A program made the position numbers and the translations under genes. Source: Welwitschia mirabilis (taxonomy: Eukaryota). Taken from it: a DNA stretch of 41,615 bases. Below are positions 1 to 12,531 of the stretch, piece by piece. The stretch covers positions 18,977,651 to 19,019,265 of the forward strand of contig JBOZIK010000001.1 in NCBI GenBank assembly GCA_051453625.1, given 5' to 3'. How positions within the stretch are numbered: position 1 is the first letter of the stretch; each line of letters begins with the position of its first letter. The notes under the pieces are model-generated. The model was given only the letters and a program-made list of their open reading frames with translations, was not told the origin of the DNA and ran no database searches.

Positions 1-643
1 ATTCGTGCCCAACTATCCAAATAGTTATATTTTGGGGAAATCTATAAATAAGAGGAAACACTCAAAAACACTAGAGCTTCACATTGGATTAGAGTTTTGA
101 AAAGAAAAGTTGCACTCTTAATCTAAAGGGTTTATCTTTGTACTACTATTCTTCTCTCACTCAACACTTACCTTTGTATCAAATCTAAGCAATAAGGCTC
201 CATTGTTAGTTCTTTCACTTGAGGGATCTAGAGCATAGAGGCTTCATTCCCTCACTCACCATTATACATTTCTGAAGATTGAGACTTAGCCTACAGAACT
301 TTGTTTAAAGAGGTTGAGGATTAGTCTACAAAATTCCATTTATGAAGGTTGAGACTTAGCCTGGAAAAGTTTGCTTTGCAAGGTTAAAGATTAGCCTTGA
401 AAACATATTACATAGTAATGCAATAGAAATCCGAAATAGTTCTGGTTATTGACTATCTTCCAAGAGTGGAGTAGGATGTATCCCGGACCATTATAAATCT
501 TGTCTTGTACTTTTATTTTGGTTATGCTTTTTGATTTTATTTTGTTATATCTTTTTATGCACAATTCCTTTTAATATCAATAATTGTTTAAATTTTTTAG
601 AAGAACCTTTCCTCCTCAGCTCTCTCTGATTCACAATCCTACA
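1..643 (+). repeat. 5' LTR (distal part) of Sirevirus-like Ty1/copia element
   Basis: Positions 1-130 align with 3784-3911 (gtgcccaactatccaa...aaatctataaataaga...gagcttcacattg...aaagaaaagtt). TATA-like ctataaata at ~42. Ends in CA at 643, just before the PBS. Confidence 0.85.
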
Positions 644-645
644 TT

Positions 646-657
646 TGATATCAGAGC
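646..657 (+). promoter_or_regulatory. Primer binding site, tRNA-iMet type
   Basis: TGATATCAGAGC, one G>A change from canonical TGGTATCAGAGC, 2 nt after the LTR end. Confidence 0.85.
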
Positions 658-713
658 TCTAGATTGAGTCAACTCTAAGATTTTAACCAATATTTGACTC
701 AATAACCCTAGCC

Positions 714-2463
714 ATGAGTTTTCTTGCAAAAGGTTTCTCTATTTCTAGGCCTTCACTGTTTGATGGAATAAACTATGAATTTGGAAGACTAGAATGAGAA
801 TATTCTTAAGATCACATGATATAGATTATGAGAATATTTTGATCACAAATTATAGCCATCCTATCATAACGCAAAAGGATGTTAATGGAAATTCTATAGT
901 AGTGTTGAAACCAAAAAATAAATGGACTAAATTAGATAAAGCTAATGCTACTATTGATGCTTGTACTTTGAATGCAATTTTTTGTGCTATGAATGTANNN
1001 NNNNNNNNNNNNNNNNNNNNNNNNNNNNNNNNNNNNNNNNNNNNNNNNNNNNNNNNNNNNNNNNNNNNNNNNNNNNNNNNNNNNNNNNNNNNNNNNNNNN
1101 NNNNNNNNNNNNNNNNNNNNNNNNNNNNNNNNNNNNNNNNNNNNNNNNNNNNNNNNNNNNNNNNNNNNNNNNNNNNNNNNNNNNNNNNNNNNNNNNNNNN
1201 NNNNNNNNNNNNNNNNNNNNNNNNNNNNNNNNNNNNNNNNNNNNNNNNNNNNNNNNNNNNNNNNNNNNNNNNNNNNNNNNNNNNNNNNNNNNNNNNNNNN
1301 NNNNNNNNNNNNNNNNNNNNNNNNNNNNNNNNNNNNNNNNNNNNNNNNNNNNNNNNNNNNNNNNNNNNNNNNNNNNNNNNNNNNNNNNNNNNNNNNNNNN
1401 NNNNNNNNNNNNNNNNNNNNNNNNNNNNNNNNNNNNNNNNNNNNNNNNNNNNNNNNNNNNNNNNNNNNNNNNNNNNNNNNNNNNNNNNNNNNNNNNNNNN
1501 NNNNNNNNNNNNNNNNNNNNNNNNNNNNNNNNNNNNNNNNNNNNNNNNNNNNNNNNNNNNNNNNNNNNNNNNNNNNNNNNNNNNNNNNNNNNNNNNNNNN
1601 NNNNNNNNNNNNNNNNGGCAAGCCTTGGAGAAAAGATGGAGGAAGCCAAGATAGTAAGGAAGGTCTTAAGATCCCTTCCCAAGAGATTTGAACTGAAGGT
1701 GACTACAATTGAAGAAAGTAAAGATCTCAACAAGATGCCACTAGATGAACTATAAGGTAACCTTCAAACTTATGAGTTAAAATTTTTTAAAAATAGAAAG
1801 AAGATTTTTTCTTTTAAAAGTATATAGGAAAAAAGCTCACATCAAGAACCTGAAGAACATGGAATATTATCATTCATGGCACATGTGAATCCTACTATTC
1901 AATCACCAAAACTCTTTGAGCATGATGATTTGGACATGAGTGAAGATGAATAAGAGGAGGATGTTGAAGACACATCTCTTGAATTATATCAAGAATTTAA
2001 AAGGCTTGCCATAAAAGTGAATGAAATGAAAGGATTTGAAAAGGGAGAATGAAGTCATAAATCAAAGATACAAAGAGATTTAGGAAGAAAATACAAGTTT
2101 CATAGAGAAGTTAAGCCAATATTCACAAATCTTAAATAGATTTATAGAAGGATTAAAGAACTTAAGAAGATGCTTGGATTGGGAGAACTTACACATGAGA
2201 AAAGGGATAGTGGATTTGAAGGAAATAGTACATCCACTTCATCAAGCAAGGTGAGTATTATAGGTATAACATCTTTTACCAAAAATATAAATTGTCATTA
2301 TTGTTACAAATTTGGTCATTCAAAATCTAATTGTCCATATAGAAAAAGTATGTATTTTTCAAATGTTAATGCATTATCATTTAAATTTTCTTCTAAACAA
2401 TTCTCTATCCAAAAGTTAAGCAAGACCATATGGATAAAAGATAAGGATTTAGAATATTTTTGA
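714..2463 (+). pseudogene. gag: Copia (SIRE/Sirevirus-type) Gag, frameshifted, with stops, spanning an N gap
   Basis: MSFLAKGFSISRPSLFDGINYEF/WKTRMRIFL (frameshift ~782). UBN2-type KIVRKVLRSLPKRFELKVTTIEESKDLNKMPLDEL*GNLQTYE. CCHC knuckle CHYCYKFGHSKSNC at 2293-2334. Confidence 0.85.
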
Positions 2464-2774
2464 TTCAAGAAAAGCTTAACTTTAATAATAGGTTATTATT
2501 TTAATTAATTATTGATTATTAAAATTTCTTTTAAATCATAAATTGTTGTAATATGATATGCTTATTGGAACCATCATTGTAATATTAACCTTGTTTTTAG
2601 AATTGCATCTTAATGGTGATTTGTCTTTGAGAAGATCTATCTATAAACTTTGAATATTTTGGTGTTTTACCTTGTCTTATAGTCATGAACATAACATTAG
2701 TTTATCTTATTGAAAACTATCATCTCACTTACATAATTTGAAACTCTATCATGATTATGATTTGGCATAAAGTT

Positions 2775-3070
2775 AGGGGGAGAAAAATATGATATTTCTT
2801 ACCACATATCTAAGGGTTATAGCTCTTTATCTCTCTTTTTTTTTCTTTTCCATTGATGTCAAAGGAGGAGAAAATATGATGCTTTCAAAAATATGCATGA
2901 ACTAAAAATGGTTTATTTTAAAAATACATTTTACACCCTTTTCTTAATATTGTTTATATGGATTTGTGAAAGGGGGAGCTTTTATGCCTTGCTAGAAAGA
3001 GATTAAAGATGAAATATTTGTTTGATCTTGAAATCACTATTTGTTTGCCATCAATGTCAAAGGGAGAGAT
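2775..3070 (+). promoter_or_regulatory. Multiple polypurine-tract signature (four PPT-like boxes)
   Basis: AGGGGGAGAAAA (~2775), AAAGGAGGAGAAAA (2861), AAAGGGGGAG (~2969) and AAAGGGAGAGAT directly before the LTR TGTT at 3071. Multi-PPT is a Sirevirus hallmark. Confidence 0.8.
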
Positions 3071-3911
3071 TGTTAAGATTTTATTTTTACCAATTAATAT
3101 CAAACTAATATGATCTTTGTAGAATGAAAATTAATTTTATAGGTGCAAAAGACTGTCAGATTTATATCCAAAAGATACCAAGATTTGGACATGTTTTGAT
3201 TAAAGTAACTTGAGTTTCTGTTGAAGGACTTAATGTAGAAGCCAATCAAACTTGGAAATACTTGTTTTGAGCTATTTTATGTGGGGTTAACTGGATTTTT
3301 AAGGGGTCAACTAGATCTAGACATGCATTTTTCAAGCTTTCCAATATGTACTATGTCTCACGAGATCGACCAGATTCATATGGGGTCAACTGGACCTAAA
3401 AGAAAACGGTTGACCGAATTTTAGATGGGGTCGACCGGACCTGTAATCTCAAGAGCTAGTATCCCTGAACTGAATGGAAAGGGGTCGGCCAAATGTTTCG
3501 AGGTTTTGACCAAACAGCATGGAAGAAGAGATTTTAAAGCAATTTTTTAACAATTACTTCACCAATTCTATCCATTGCAAATNNNNNNNNNNNNNNNNNN
3601 NNNNNNNNNNNNNNNNNNNNNNNNNNNNNNNNNNNNNNNNNNNNNNNNNNNNNNNNNNNNNNNNNNNNNNNNNNNNNNNNNNGGCCAAATGTTTCGAGGT
3701 TTTGACCAAATAGCATGGAAGAAGAGATTTTAAAGCGATTTTTTAACAATTACTTCACCAATTCTATCCATTGCAAATGTCAGATTAGTGCCCAACTATC
3801 CAAGTGGTTATATTTTGAGAAAATCTATAAATAAGAGATAACACTTAAAAACCCTAGAGCTTCACATTGAATTGGATTTTTGAAAAGAAAAGTTACACTC
3901 TTGATCTAAAG
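3071..3911 (+). repeat. 3' LTR of the Sirevirus-like element, truncated by gap
   Basis: Starts TGTT after the PPT. Carries repeated GGGGTCGACCGGA-like motifs (3282-3492). 3784-3911 matches window 1-130. Confidence 0.85.
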
Positions 3912-4011
3912 NNNNNNNNNNNNNNNNNNNNNNNNNNNNNNNNNNNNNNNNNNNNNNNNNNNNNNNNNNNNNNNNNNNNNNNNNNNNNNNNNNNNNNNNN
4001 NNNNNNNNNNN

Positions 4012-4100
4012 ACTTAAATTTAATTTATGTTAATTTTTGAAAAAAAAATTTACCCTTTTTTATGTGCTTCTTAAGTCCAACCCAAGTACGGGTTGTGACA
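4012..4100 (+). repeat. End of a gypsy-type (Tekay/Del-like) LTR
   Basis: Ends ...CGGGTTGTGACA. Its reverse complement matches 41359-41450. No PBS follows. Confidence 0.6.
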
Positions 4101-6430
4101 GATTGTCAAGGCATGCATGAGAATATAGACATCAAGGTACATAGATGTTTCTATTTAAGAGAGACATAGATTTTCATATGACTCAAACTTTATAGCCAAG
4201 ATAGTTGAAACTGCATAACAAGCTCAGAGGCAGTGTAGCCTGACATAGATCTTTATTTACATAAGATTCCCCATGCTTACTACCAACAAAGAATTATTGT
4301 CAGTGGAAAATGTGAAGTGTTTAGGGATGAGAGCTAATTTTTAATTTTAAACCTTAATCAAAAAAATATTAAATTTTAAATAAGAGAAAAGTAAAAGGGA
4401 AACACTAAAAAGCACACATGATAACAGGAATTAACTTGATATAGTTAAGCTAAGTGGAACTTACTCAACATCCTAGACTTAGCTTAATTTATCCAAATTA
4501 CAAAAAAGTCTAAGTGAAAGAAAAGAGCAAGTCAAGTAAATCTTACTCCACATCCCAAGCTTAACTTGATGAGAAAATACAAGGTTAAGGACTTGAAATT
4601 AGAAAAAACAATGCCCAACATCCTTTGAAAAGCACAAAAAAATGCTTAAAATACTATGTCTAAGGCTTAAAAATGTGAAAAATGCCCAAAAAACTTTTAA
4701 AAAATTAAAAATAGCTTAAAAAAGCTAAAAATAAAAAAACTATCCATATGTGCAAAACATGGCTAATGGCTAAGCAATGGTTTAGCTAAATGCATATGCG
4801 TAAATAAGACTATGTCTAAGAAATCAATTAGCACTTCTGCATGTGTGTAGAAAGCAAAAATAATCAACATAAATTTTAAAAAAAAAATCATGTTTAACTC
4901 CATGGGAATTGAACTCCAAACCTCTACTGTAATAGACAACTACATTAACTATTACATCATGTTGGTGATTATAATGTCCATTAGAAAAATTAATAAATAA
5001 TTATTATGACAAAGAGCAGGAACCAAGGAGGTAGAAAACTAGAGTAGAGCGGGGTAATGGATGCAGCTGGAGCTAGCACTATAAATTAGTGGCTGGAGCT
5101 TGGATGAGTGTGCATTATAGATCTACAAAAGGAGGAGATCATAACTACACTGATATGCAGGTTCACAAGTAATTCATAAAAGACGCAAAACACAGAGTGA
5201 AGAGAGCCCGCCAGTGGTAATTTGTGATAAACCAACAGGAGTGGAAGATGTGAAGCTTAAGCGCAGACTATTAGAACACANNNNNNNNNNNNNNNNNNNN
5301 NNNNNNNNNNNNNNNNNNNNNNNNNNNNNNNNNNNNNNNNNNNNNNNNNNNNNNNNNNNNNNNNNNNNNNNNNNNNNNNNAAGAAGTACCAAAGCATGGA
5401 GGTACCAAAGAATAATCGATAGGTGAGCATCATAGAACATGGATTAGATTAACAGAGAGCGTAGGCATATGCTCAGGTAGTGTAGATCAAGGCACATAGT
5501 AAAATAGATGGTAAGTCAGTAAGTAGTTAAAATAGAAACTATAATAGTGCCACTAAAATCATAGAATCCCTCTATAGGTAAGACCCCCCTTAAGAGACCC
5601 ATAGGCATAGGTAACACAAGCGAGCAATGGATCAATAGATGGTAGGTGCAATGAACACCAACAACTAAGGTGAAAACAGAGAAGTGTAGACAAGAAGGTC
5701 CAGTGGTTGCTAGTTAACTTATATAAGAGTCATGGTTGGCAGATTTGATGGCATAGATCATAGCAGGGCATGAAAAGTAGGGAAACAATGCAAGACTAAT
5801 GTTGATCCAAAAGTAGATGATCAAATGAAATCACTAGCTATGATAGCATCCTGGTAGTTAAATTCCTTCTCATAAAATCAAAGCCAAGCCAAAGGAGATC
5901 ATACCAAAAGCTAACACAGAGTGGATTTGATGGTGAAAGCAGTAGGCACTATCATTTCTATGGTACTAAAAATGCCTGTCTTATTAGAAAATAGTAATGC
6001 AATCAAAATAAGCTAAATGAGTGATCATAGACAAGAAGGTTAATTTGTGTTGCATGTAGAAATGCTAGAAAACCATGCAAGATAAGAGAAAGCTACTTTC
6101 AAACAAATATTATAAAGAAGATCCAAATCATGCAAAGGTCCATGTAGTTTGAAACATAGAAAGATAAAGGTTATAAGAAGCTCAACAATGGTCAAGAAAC
6201 TTTAAGAGCCTCAAGAACCCTATCCTAGAAGCTCTGATACCATTTTCTAAGAAACACGAATACCAAGAAATGACAGCATAAGATTTCCAAAACATAAATT
6301 TTATTTCTCCTTTTCTTAATTTAACAAAGAGCTTACTTATATAGACAAGCACGTTACTAGATTTTTCATGAATCCATAGGCATGGGACTATGGTGTGTAT
6401 TAGTCTTAGCATCTGTGACATCAAATGTTT
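4101..6430 (-). mobile_element. LTR-retrotransposon fragment: PBS (6231-6242), putative short LTR (~6244-6430) and an apparently non-coding internal region
   Basis: gctctgatacca at 6231-6242 is the reverse complement of a perfect tRNA-iMet PBS. Minus-strand ctatataag and aataaa motifs lie in the adjacent putative LTR. No gag/pol motif recognised downstream. Boundaries uncertain. Confidence 0.5.
4896..4966 (-). other. Degenerate tRNA-like / SINE-head sequence (Pol III A and B boxes)
   Basis: Minus strand reads tgatgtaatagttaatgta...gaggtttggagttcaattccc, followed shortly by a T run. It fits a deaminated A box and B box (GGTTCGATTCC). The cloverleaf is not intact. Confidence 0.35.
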
Positions 6431-6788
6431 TATGTAAATACTGTGAACCTTTGATTCTCTTCCTAATCCATAACTATTAAACCAACTAGTGGTACCACCT
6501 TTCCTAAGTAGGTCCATTGGCATTTTTGTGCAGAAGCCTCTGTGGTTTGAACTAAGCTCTTCATGATTTATTAGAAACCTATCTGTCATTTGGACTGAAA
6601 TCTGTTTAAAACATATACGCCTTGGATTTGAGATGAATCATATTACCTAATTAAAAATCCTTTCAATGAAATGATGGATGTAAATGAATGGCATGCTCTT
6701 TTACTAGAATAGGCTGAAATGCAAGTATTCCAAATTTGTATGAATTCTAATACTAAATAAAACAAAGAACAGAGAATCTTATTTGGAA

Positions 6789-9130
6789 ATGAACCTCAAG
6801 ATAATTCCCAAGAAAAATAAGTGTCTAGTTTCCAAGAACTAAACCAAAATGTCCAATCTGGTTTTCAATGCTTTTTCAATAATGCTATAACCTAGTCAAA
6901 TCAAGAATTATTAGACAAACTATACGACTACGACCTTAATCCACAAGCAGCCCAAAAAATTGGTCAAAACGTATCACAAAATCAACCGAATAATAACTTT
7001 ATTAATAAACTGCTTTTTCACTACTTATGATTTCAATGCTTAGAAACCTCTTCATGTATAGTTTAATCATTAATATCAAACAAGCTAGATTTCAAACCTT
7101 TTACAATTTAGTTACTATGCTATTTTTATAACTCATAATTAGAAGATCCTTACCTACATCTTAAGGAATTTAAGTGCGTGCTATTTATTCTACCTTAATA
7201 CCCCAATACCTATAACACCATTAAAGTCATCGTTTTGCTATTTTTCCTAAAGAATAATAGCTAGGTCTTAGCTTTATATCCTTAAATGTCTATCAATTAG
7301 AACATAAGCAGATTTAAATAAATCATTCATTATACATTTTTTCCCAGATCATAAAATGAAAGCTTTAAGATGAAAAATTATGAATTATTAATAAAAGGAT
7401 CATAAACATTTTTGCAAAGCATTAAAGAGTTTAAGAACTTGTTTCAAAAATTCCTATAACATGGATTCAATTCAGGAAGAGAAATTAATTTTTTTTATGA
7501 TAGATTGTCAATCAAGAATCAACAATTAGTTAATATGATTAGTAGAGGTAGTTTCCTANNNNNNNNNNAGTTTGGGATTATTTTGAGATAGTAGCAAAAA
7601 GTCTAAGAACTAGGAGACACTAATTAAACCATCTAGATCCTAGTCATCCATTACATCCACTAGTATTTTTAGAGTTTTAGATAATTTTGACATCAACAAT
7701 TGAATAGCTAAACTATTAAGAAGAGTAGAACTTCTTTTAATCTCCCCACATGAATGCCTTATCTACTACTTAGATTATCATGAAATTCTTGAGTATCCCT
7801 CTATATTTATATTTTAAAATACTATGAATGAAGAAGTCAATGCCATAGGACACTAGTGGCAGAGTAGTAAAAATAATCCATATTCAAATACATACAAACC
7901 TAATTAAAGGAACCATCCTTGTTTTTCTTAGTGATAAAATAATTTTCATAATTAAAATTATGTTAGTTAACTAAAAAACCTATTTCCATTAACATCAAAC
8001 TGATAACAACCTTTCTCATATACTCCATTTGAGGAACCATTGAGAAAATTCATGGATATTGAATCCCAAACTAAGGATGATCAAACCCAAAGTATCCATA
8101 ACCATGAATGAATTCTTAAGTAACATTTCTCTATCTTAATAAATTTTGAACAAATTGTCCAAACCTAAATCCAAATTCTTCAATAAATTCTCTCTTGTAT
8201 TAACCAAAAAGAACCTAGTAAACTCTTCATGAGCTCACAACAAAATTTAAAAGGAGTTAAATTCAAAAGATAATTAGGGCCTAATCAAATCGAGAAAACT
8301 AGGATCATTCCTCTTAGAACTAGGAAAGAGTTAAATACACAAATTGAGCAAAAGAGTTGAATACACAACTTAAGAAAAATGTAATTGAAGAAGAACTAAA
8401 TCTAATAGAAAACAATGAGAAGGTTAAAATATTAGAAGAATCTTTTCTTGCTTATCTAGAATTTCTACCCTTTTTGTAATAACTTAGGAAAGTGAATATT
8501 AAAAATAAATAACTAGAATCCTTATAGGTTTTCAAAGAGATCAAAATAAATATGCCACTATTAGACATAATTAGACAAATTCCCTCTTATGCTAAATTCC
8601 TAAAATATATGTGTATAACTAAGAAAAAGATATATGTTAAGAAGAATGCCTTGTTATTTTGGCAAATGAGGGTAATTGTACAAGATTAAATACCTCCCAA
8701 GTACAAAGATCCTAGTTGCCACACAATTTCTACCACAATTTAAGATAAACATCTTAGGCAAGCCTTCTTAGATCTAAGAGCAAGCATGAATCTTTTACTC
8801 CACTTGGTTTATAAGGAACTTAGCCTTAATAATCTTAAAAAGATAAAAATCTAATTCTAATTAGCAGATAGCTCATTGAAATTATTATTATAAATTTTAA
8901 AAGATGTAATTATTTAAATATATGATTACTACTTTCTAGTTGATTTCATTATCTAAAAAATGAATGCAATAAATTATAATTTAGTTTTAGTTATTTTAGG
9001 TAGACCTTTTCTAGCAATGTTAAATACTCTTATTAATTGCAAAAATAATCTCATGAAAATTTATTTTAACAACATGACAATGGATCTAAATGTTTTCAAC
9101 CCTATGGAATTACTAGGGGATAATAATAAT
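6789..9130 (+). pseudogene. gag: Athila-type Ty3/gypsy Gag and aspartic protease, many stops and frameshifts
   Basis: EDPYLHLKEF (7142-7171), NNPYSNTYKPN*RNHP (~7872), IKINMPLLDIIRQIPSYAKFLK (~8540), PPKYKDP, protease FLDLRASMNL (~8765), VILGRPFLA (~8990). Confidence 0.9.
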
Positions 9131-11009
9131 GTTTATTTTATTTATGAAATTCATGATCCTGATTTTTCTTTTATTAAATTAAATACTTTTCTTCTCATAA
9201 TGATTTTACTGCTTTTGACTCACATTTCAAGGACTTATTAGAAAATCATAGAAACGCAGTAGGATGAGATACATTGACTTTAAACATTTAGTCTCTTTTG
9301 ATTGCATCTCTCATATTATTTTAAATTTATTAGATGTTTACATAGAGTTGATTTATAAAAATGATGTCCATCTTCTTCCCTTTTCAAATAACTGAAGTTT
9401 AGAGCCTCAAAGCCATAATATTTTTTCCCTTCGCATCCATGTAAAAAACTCCCTTATGATAGCACTTCCCAAAGGACAATCAATTCATTAATTCTTAAGG
9501 ATGTTCTTGTTACCACTAATCATAACCATCATTGTCCATTCAAACCATTCCATACAACCACTCCATTTTGTGATCACCTCATTAAATGCATCAACCATCC
9601 ATCCTTATCATCCATCTACGAATTCTTATGACTAGATTCTTATGACTAGATAATCCTAGTTGATGATCCTTAACAAATAAACCATTGCTAAGTGATCACT
9701 TTATCATTACCAATTAAGTAGAATTTAAGTTTACTTATATTTTTCACATAAAGGTTTTCCTTATTTTTAAGTTAACTTATTGAGGTTTGTTCTACTTAAG
9801 ATCTTAAAATTTAAAAATTGTGGTTGAAAAAGATGGAATCTATCTTTATATTATGTTTTTTTATTTTTAAGAATTTTATGGGGACAAGATTTTTTTTGAT
9901 TAGGGTAATGAGAAAATGACCCCTTTTATGTGCATAAAAATACTGAATATGAAAAGTAAAAGTTACAAGAAAATAAAATATCTCTTCTCCAAAAGTATAT
10001 TTTATTTACTTAATCACATTAGGGCTATAGACATTCCTAGTAATGTAGTTCTAATGATTTATTTATGACATGTTCAACTGCATTAGGGTATAGATGCTCA
10101 TTGGTAATGTGACACTAACTTCATTATGAATCAACATACTTAATTCTATTAGAAGAAGATGTATAATCCTAGGTGCTTAATTTGATCTAAATGTTTGAAA
10201 CAAGAAATAAGTATGATTATAGAAAAGGCAAAAATTGGAAAGAAAATGTGAGATTTTGAGATACCTTTATGATTACTTTCTTTAACTTATGTGCATAAAG
10301 ATTTGCTTACTAATTTTTGGATTTTTATAGCTTTACTTAAAGGATATCTTATTTGTTTGACATTGTAATCCATCAAAATAAAAATAAAATTTGTAAAAAT
10401 TTTTAATAAAATTGGCCATTAATTTAAGTCTATTATCTTTTAGATGTATGATTGGTGTATTTTTCATTGGCTTTAATACTATTTTTTCTAAGTTAAATTT
10501 TTAAGTATAATGTTTTATGAAAGAAACCACATCCATAAAACACAATTGTGTTTCCTTTAAAATGACTTGACAATTCATGCCTTAATTCTTATAACACATT
10601 CAGACTATTAATAACTTTGGATGAACTAACAATTAGATTTTACCCTTGTATCTAAGAAAACCATAACTTTTCCTTAACTTCCACTACCCCTATAAGTCCA
10701 TTGCTCTATCTATGCCATGAATGAACCTACATCTACCACTTATTCCACCTTAAGCTAACATTGTCACCTGTCACTTATGGTGCTTCCACCATTCTTGTGA
10801 AGTCCATAGCTCTTCATGCATGTTTCTGAAACTTTTGAATAGTTTTAGTATGTCTTTTACCTCATGGTTTTTAATTTTTTTGTGTATCTTCCATGAAATA
10901 TTTCTTGAAATCTATGATTCATTACATTTTTATGGAAACATAATCCATCTCTCACATTTTATTCCTCCCTTTCTACCATTCCTCTTTTCTTTTTTTATTT
11001 TTCTTACTA

Positions 11010-12060
11010 AATGTTCCAAAAAGATAAGTGGAAGACAAGGTGCCTTCACTGAGGGATATTATTCCATAATACCTTATTAGAATCAAAGCCAAAGTTTGAA
11101 CTTATCTGTTAAAGGAAGCTAATACATTCTACTACCCAAAGCAATTTTGAAATTTTATAAGAATGTTCTTGTTGGTAATAATAACCCTAGTTAATCCACT
11201 TACATATTTAGTGCATTTCATTTTCCATATCATTAGTTGATTTTGAAGTAATCTCAGTGGTACAATACTTTGATCATCTTCCATTTACTTTTGTAAAAAT
11301 TTTAGAATATTGTTGTCATGCCTTGGATGTAGAATATGCTATCCATTAAGAATGCGCCCTACCTTATAAGGTTTAATACAAAAAATAGCTAGCTTTATTT
11401 CAGTTTATCATTTGCAATATTTTACCTACATCACATGTAACTGATTCTTACAACAGTCATTTAGATCTCAATAGAATAATCTAGGAGAATAGGCCCTTTA
11501 ACATAGTAAAATTCCTGTTTAAAACCATTATAAACCACATAGGAAGCAATAGCAGCCTCTTTTTGTGTTACCTCATTTCAGGTATCATCTGCAATATCCT
11601 TTACTAGACATTAGACTGTGAAGGTTGGAAGAAAGCCTATATAGTAATCATTACATCCCACAAGATTACCTAAGTTTAAAAGTACTAAAATATTAATTGG
11701 ATCATAAGGTAGCAAGAAGAATAGCAAGAAAAGCAACAATAGTAGCAAGAGGGGGAGATTCATCATGATCCATCTTCCATTTTCTCTATTTCCTCCTTAT
11801 GTAACTCTGTATGTACCTCCAACAACTTATCATAAAGGCAAGGAACCTATTGAAGAATCCTCCCATCCTCCTCCTTCTTCTTCTTCCCTTCAATCTCCAC
11901 ATTTCCTTTCTTCTTCATCCAGTAAAACATTTTTGGGGCAGCCACTGCAAAGACATAAGGCTAAGATTTACAAGTTATGAGGAAAAATGAAGAAAAGTGC
12001 TAAGCATCAAAAGAACATGTCACATTGGCAAAAAAAAAGTATAAAAAACTAGAAAGGTTA
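11010..12060 (+). pseudogene. Athila ORF2 (env-like / putative plant transposon protein) relic
   Basis: FYKN motif (~11155), QFIICNILPTSHVTD (11401-11445) and a Ser/Pro-rich tail. Flanked by Athila-type GGGGACAA..TTAGGG internal motifs at ~9876 and ~12314. Confidence 0.6.
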
Positions 12061-12531
12061 GTCTCTCATAGAAGATATTTTGGTTGAAAATTACATTTTT
12101 ATTGTATGCATTTAAGTGCATTATGTTGTAATCTTTTCAAGTGTGCTATATTAAAATTTTCTGCATGCTAGTTAAAGTATTTATAGTGTTTCATAAGTGT
12201 TTACAATAATGTGATTTTCTAACTTGTAGTATGAAAGCCATGTAATGAAAATTTTATTTTCAAAAATTTTAACTTGTTCTCAAAAAAAAATATTAAAATA
12301 TTTCTATCTCTTTAACTTTGAGGATAAAGTTTAGTTTTGATTAAGAGGTATGGTATGTGATTTTCAATGAATTTTACTGATTTTGATGCCTTCTTTTTTA
12401 AAAATTGATTAAAAAATTTTCAAAAGTTATACTACTTTCATGCTTGAATATTTTCCTTAGAAATTTTTGCTATGTTGATCATTTCTTTATCAACTTTTTA
12501 CTAAGAGACTAGTAAAAGTCTAGTTAGGTTG

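Noticed and set aside
794-1755. Long ORFs of 229-286 aa in the ORF track
   Set aside because: Artefacts of reading through N gaps; only the flanks are real gag sequence. The same applies to ORFs at 3519, 5174, 5214, 35301 and 35333.
3487-3778. 96-bp direct repeat on either side of a 100-N gap
   Set aside because: Near-identical contig-end overlap with about 2 mismatches; most likely an assembly or haplotype artefact.
10820-11080. Hydrophobic short ORFs (also 28794-29036, 40990-41193) as membrane peptides
   Set aside because: Phe/Leu/Ile richness simply reflects T-rich low-complexity DNA within TE regions.
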